64,000 nucleotides of DNA from an uncultured Candidatus Saccharibacteria bacterium (GTDB lineage: Bacteria > Patescibacteriota > Minisyncoccia > Minisyncoccales > UBA5738). Under the pieces are notes generated by a model that made no database searches, was not told where the DNA came from, and was given only the letters and a program-made list of their open reading frames with translations. Position numbers and translations under genes: made by a program. The DNA is taken from assembly GCA_964470995.1 (NCBI GenBank), contig CAYYEP010000001.1, forward strand, positions 65,813-129,812, in the 5' to 3' direction. Positions 62,805-64,000 of this stretch are shown piece after piece. Position 1 is the first letter of the stretch. Every line of letters begins with the position of its first letter.

Positions 62805-64000
62805 TTATTCGCCTTTGACAAACTTTCGGAGACGATCCTGATAACGGTAGTAAAGATAACCGGTTATTAACAGAATACAACCCAAGGTGATGAACGAGAA
62901 GAAACGGTAAAGATTATCCAAGTTAGCGGTATCGACCAGAAAAACTTTGATAATGACGACGAAGAACAAGGCAATCGCCATAAAACGTTCATAAACGGAT
63001 TTTTTGACGATACCGACCGCCAGCAAGATGCCGCCGTAAACCGCCCAGGCCACCGAGAGCAAAACGTTCTTGAGATTGTTGAAGTCAACGGCGCTATCGC
63101 GGACGGCGATATACTTTTGATGATCGCAGTAACCGACAATTTCAGCGCTCACCATCCAAAGCAAAAGCAAGTGGAAAACAATAAACAATAAAGGCTGGAA
63201 TAACTGGTATTCGCCTTCAGAAACGCGGCTCTTATTGCGGCGCAGCAATACCAGAAAATAACGAACGGCGGCGGCAGAAGCCAGAAAGGCGAACACCCGG
63301 TGGTTTAAAACCGGCACATACTGAACGGTTTTGGCAATTCTAAAATAACTTTCAAAGAAAATCAACCGGAAAAAAGAAACCGTAAATGTCGAATAAGTAA
63401 CCAGCCTCAAAATAACTCCTCGCAGACGGAACGACAACGCGCCCGCGGCCAGACCTCCCGCGCACCAGAAAACCGGATACCAGTAAGCGTACTCCGAACC
63501 AAGGTCATGGATTTCCAGCGTGGGGCCCAGAAGACCCATAAACGCGCCTTCCAGCGCCAAAAATGAAAACATTTGTTTTTCATCGTTGCCGAGTTCATCT
63601 TTTTTGCGGCGGAATATATAAGCGGCGGCCGCAGCAGCAACAAAAAACATTACGTAAGTCAAAAACCGGGCGTTATAAAAATGAAGCGCGGCATCGGGCA
63701 GATAGCTTTCAAACAGGATTATCCGCATCATGGTAAAAAACAGCAGAACATTACCCAATACCCGGTAAAGAGTCAAACGCAATTTGAAGCCCGAAGCGAT
63801 AAAGGCCAGAGATTCGGCCGCCCAGGCAACCGCGATCCATTTTCCGTCGAACTGGATCGGTACCGCGATGGCGAGAAGCACGAAGCCGGGCGTAAGCAGA
63901 AAATGGCGGAACCGCGACGCGCGTTCATTTTGACCGCCAATTGAAGCGGCCAGCGCGCAGTAAAGCGCGCCTAAACTGATGGTGAACCAGCCAGTAAGAT
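62805..64000 (-). CDS. DUF2339-like polytopic membrane protein (5' end off window)
   Basis: The frame stays open upstream of the tracked GTG (63881) to the window edge. Many TM helices. Confidence 0.65.
   Translation of the reverse strand, partial: LTGWFTISLGALYCALAASIGGQNERASRFRHFLLTPGFVLLAIAVPIQFDGKWIAVAWAAESLAFIASGFKLRLTLYRVLGNVLLFFTMMRIILFESYLPDAALHFYNARFLTYVMFFVAAAAAAYIFRRKKDELGNDEKQMFSFLALEGAFMGLLGPTLEIHDLGSEYAYWYPVFWCAGGLAAGALSFRLRGVILRLVTYSTFTVSFFRLIFFESYFRIAKTVQYVPVLNHRVFAFLASAAAVRYFLVLLRRNKSRVSEGEYQLFQPLLFIVFHLLLLWMVSAEIVGYCDHQKYIAVRDSAVDFNNLKNVLLSVAWAVYGGILLAVGIVKKSVYERFMAIALFFVVIIKVFLVDTANLDNLYRFFSFITLGCILLITGYLYYRYQDRLRKFVKGE

Noticed and set aside
1-64000. Alternative genetic code (UGA read as Gly or Trp) as the explanation for the in-frame TGAs in the pilin and P-loop genes
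   Set aside because: TGA is the stop codon of several well-supported genes (12006-12008, 16698-16700, 23060-23062, 26621-26623, 27715-27717). Very long ORFs such as ileS, the P-type ATPase and alaS are uninterrupted under the standard code. Two of the four in-frame stops are TAA.

Overview
This reads as a chromosomal segment from a small-genome bacterium. Gene content suggests CPR/Patescibacteria (compact aaRS genes, NadM-type NAD salvage, a type IV pilin-like gene, many exported or membrane hypotheticals), but that assignment is inference only. About 80 genes are present, most on the minus strand. Housekeeping genes include metG, glyQS, ileS, argS, alaS, smpB followed by tmRNA, infC-rpmI-rplT, recO, rsmI, mscL, a TatD-like nuclease and a NadM-NadE fusion. 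There are also a P-type ATPase, a CaCA antiporter, an AI-2E transporter, a vWA protein and a DUF2157/DUF4401/GDYXXLXY operon. The standard genetic code applies, because TGA terminates many well-supported genes. The most unusual loci are these. (1) At 11.5-11.85 kb a canonical tRNA-Ser(UGA) sits inside a second tRNA-Ser-like sequence, each unit is capped by a perfect 21-25 bp leader:trailer helix, and an orphan 3' tRNA fragment follows. (2) A roughly 4.3 kb large-serine-recombinase element is integrated at the 3' end of tRNA-Ser(GCU) (17.67-22.02 kb). attL, attR, attB and attP can all be reconstructed, and an extra inverted attP copy inside the element creates two adjacent segments bounded by inverted repeats. 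(3) Three intergenic structured repeat families are present. (4) A decayed island (5.3-10.1 kb) holds AbrB-like mini-genes, methyltransferase stubs and a RhuM pseudogene. (5) IleRS carries an embedded histidine-phosphatase domain. (6) Several otherwise intact genes are interrupted by a single in-frame stop or by a homopolymer frameshift. One IS30 copy is also present. No CRISPR array or rRNA gene was seen. All family assignments come from motif recognition by eye and need database confirmation.
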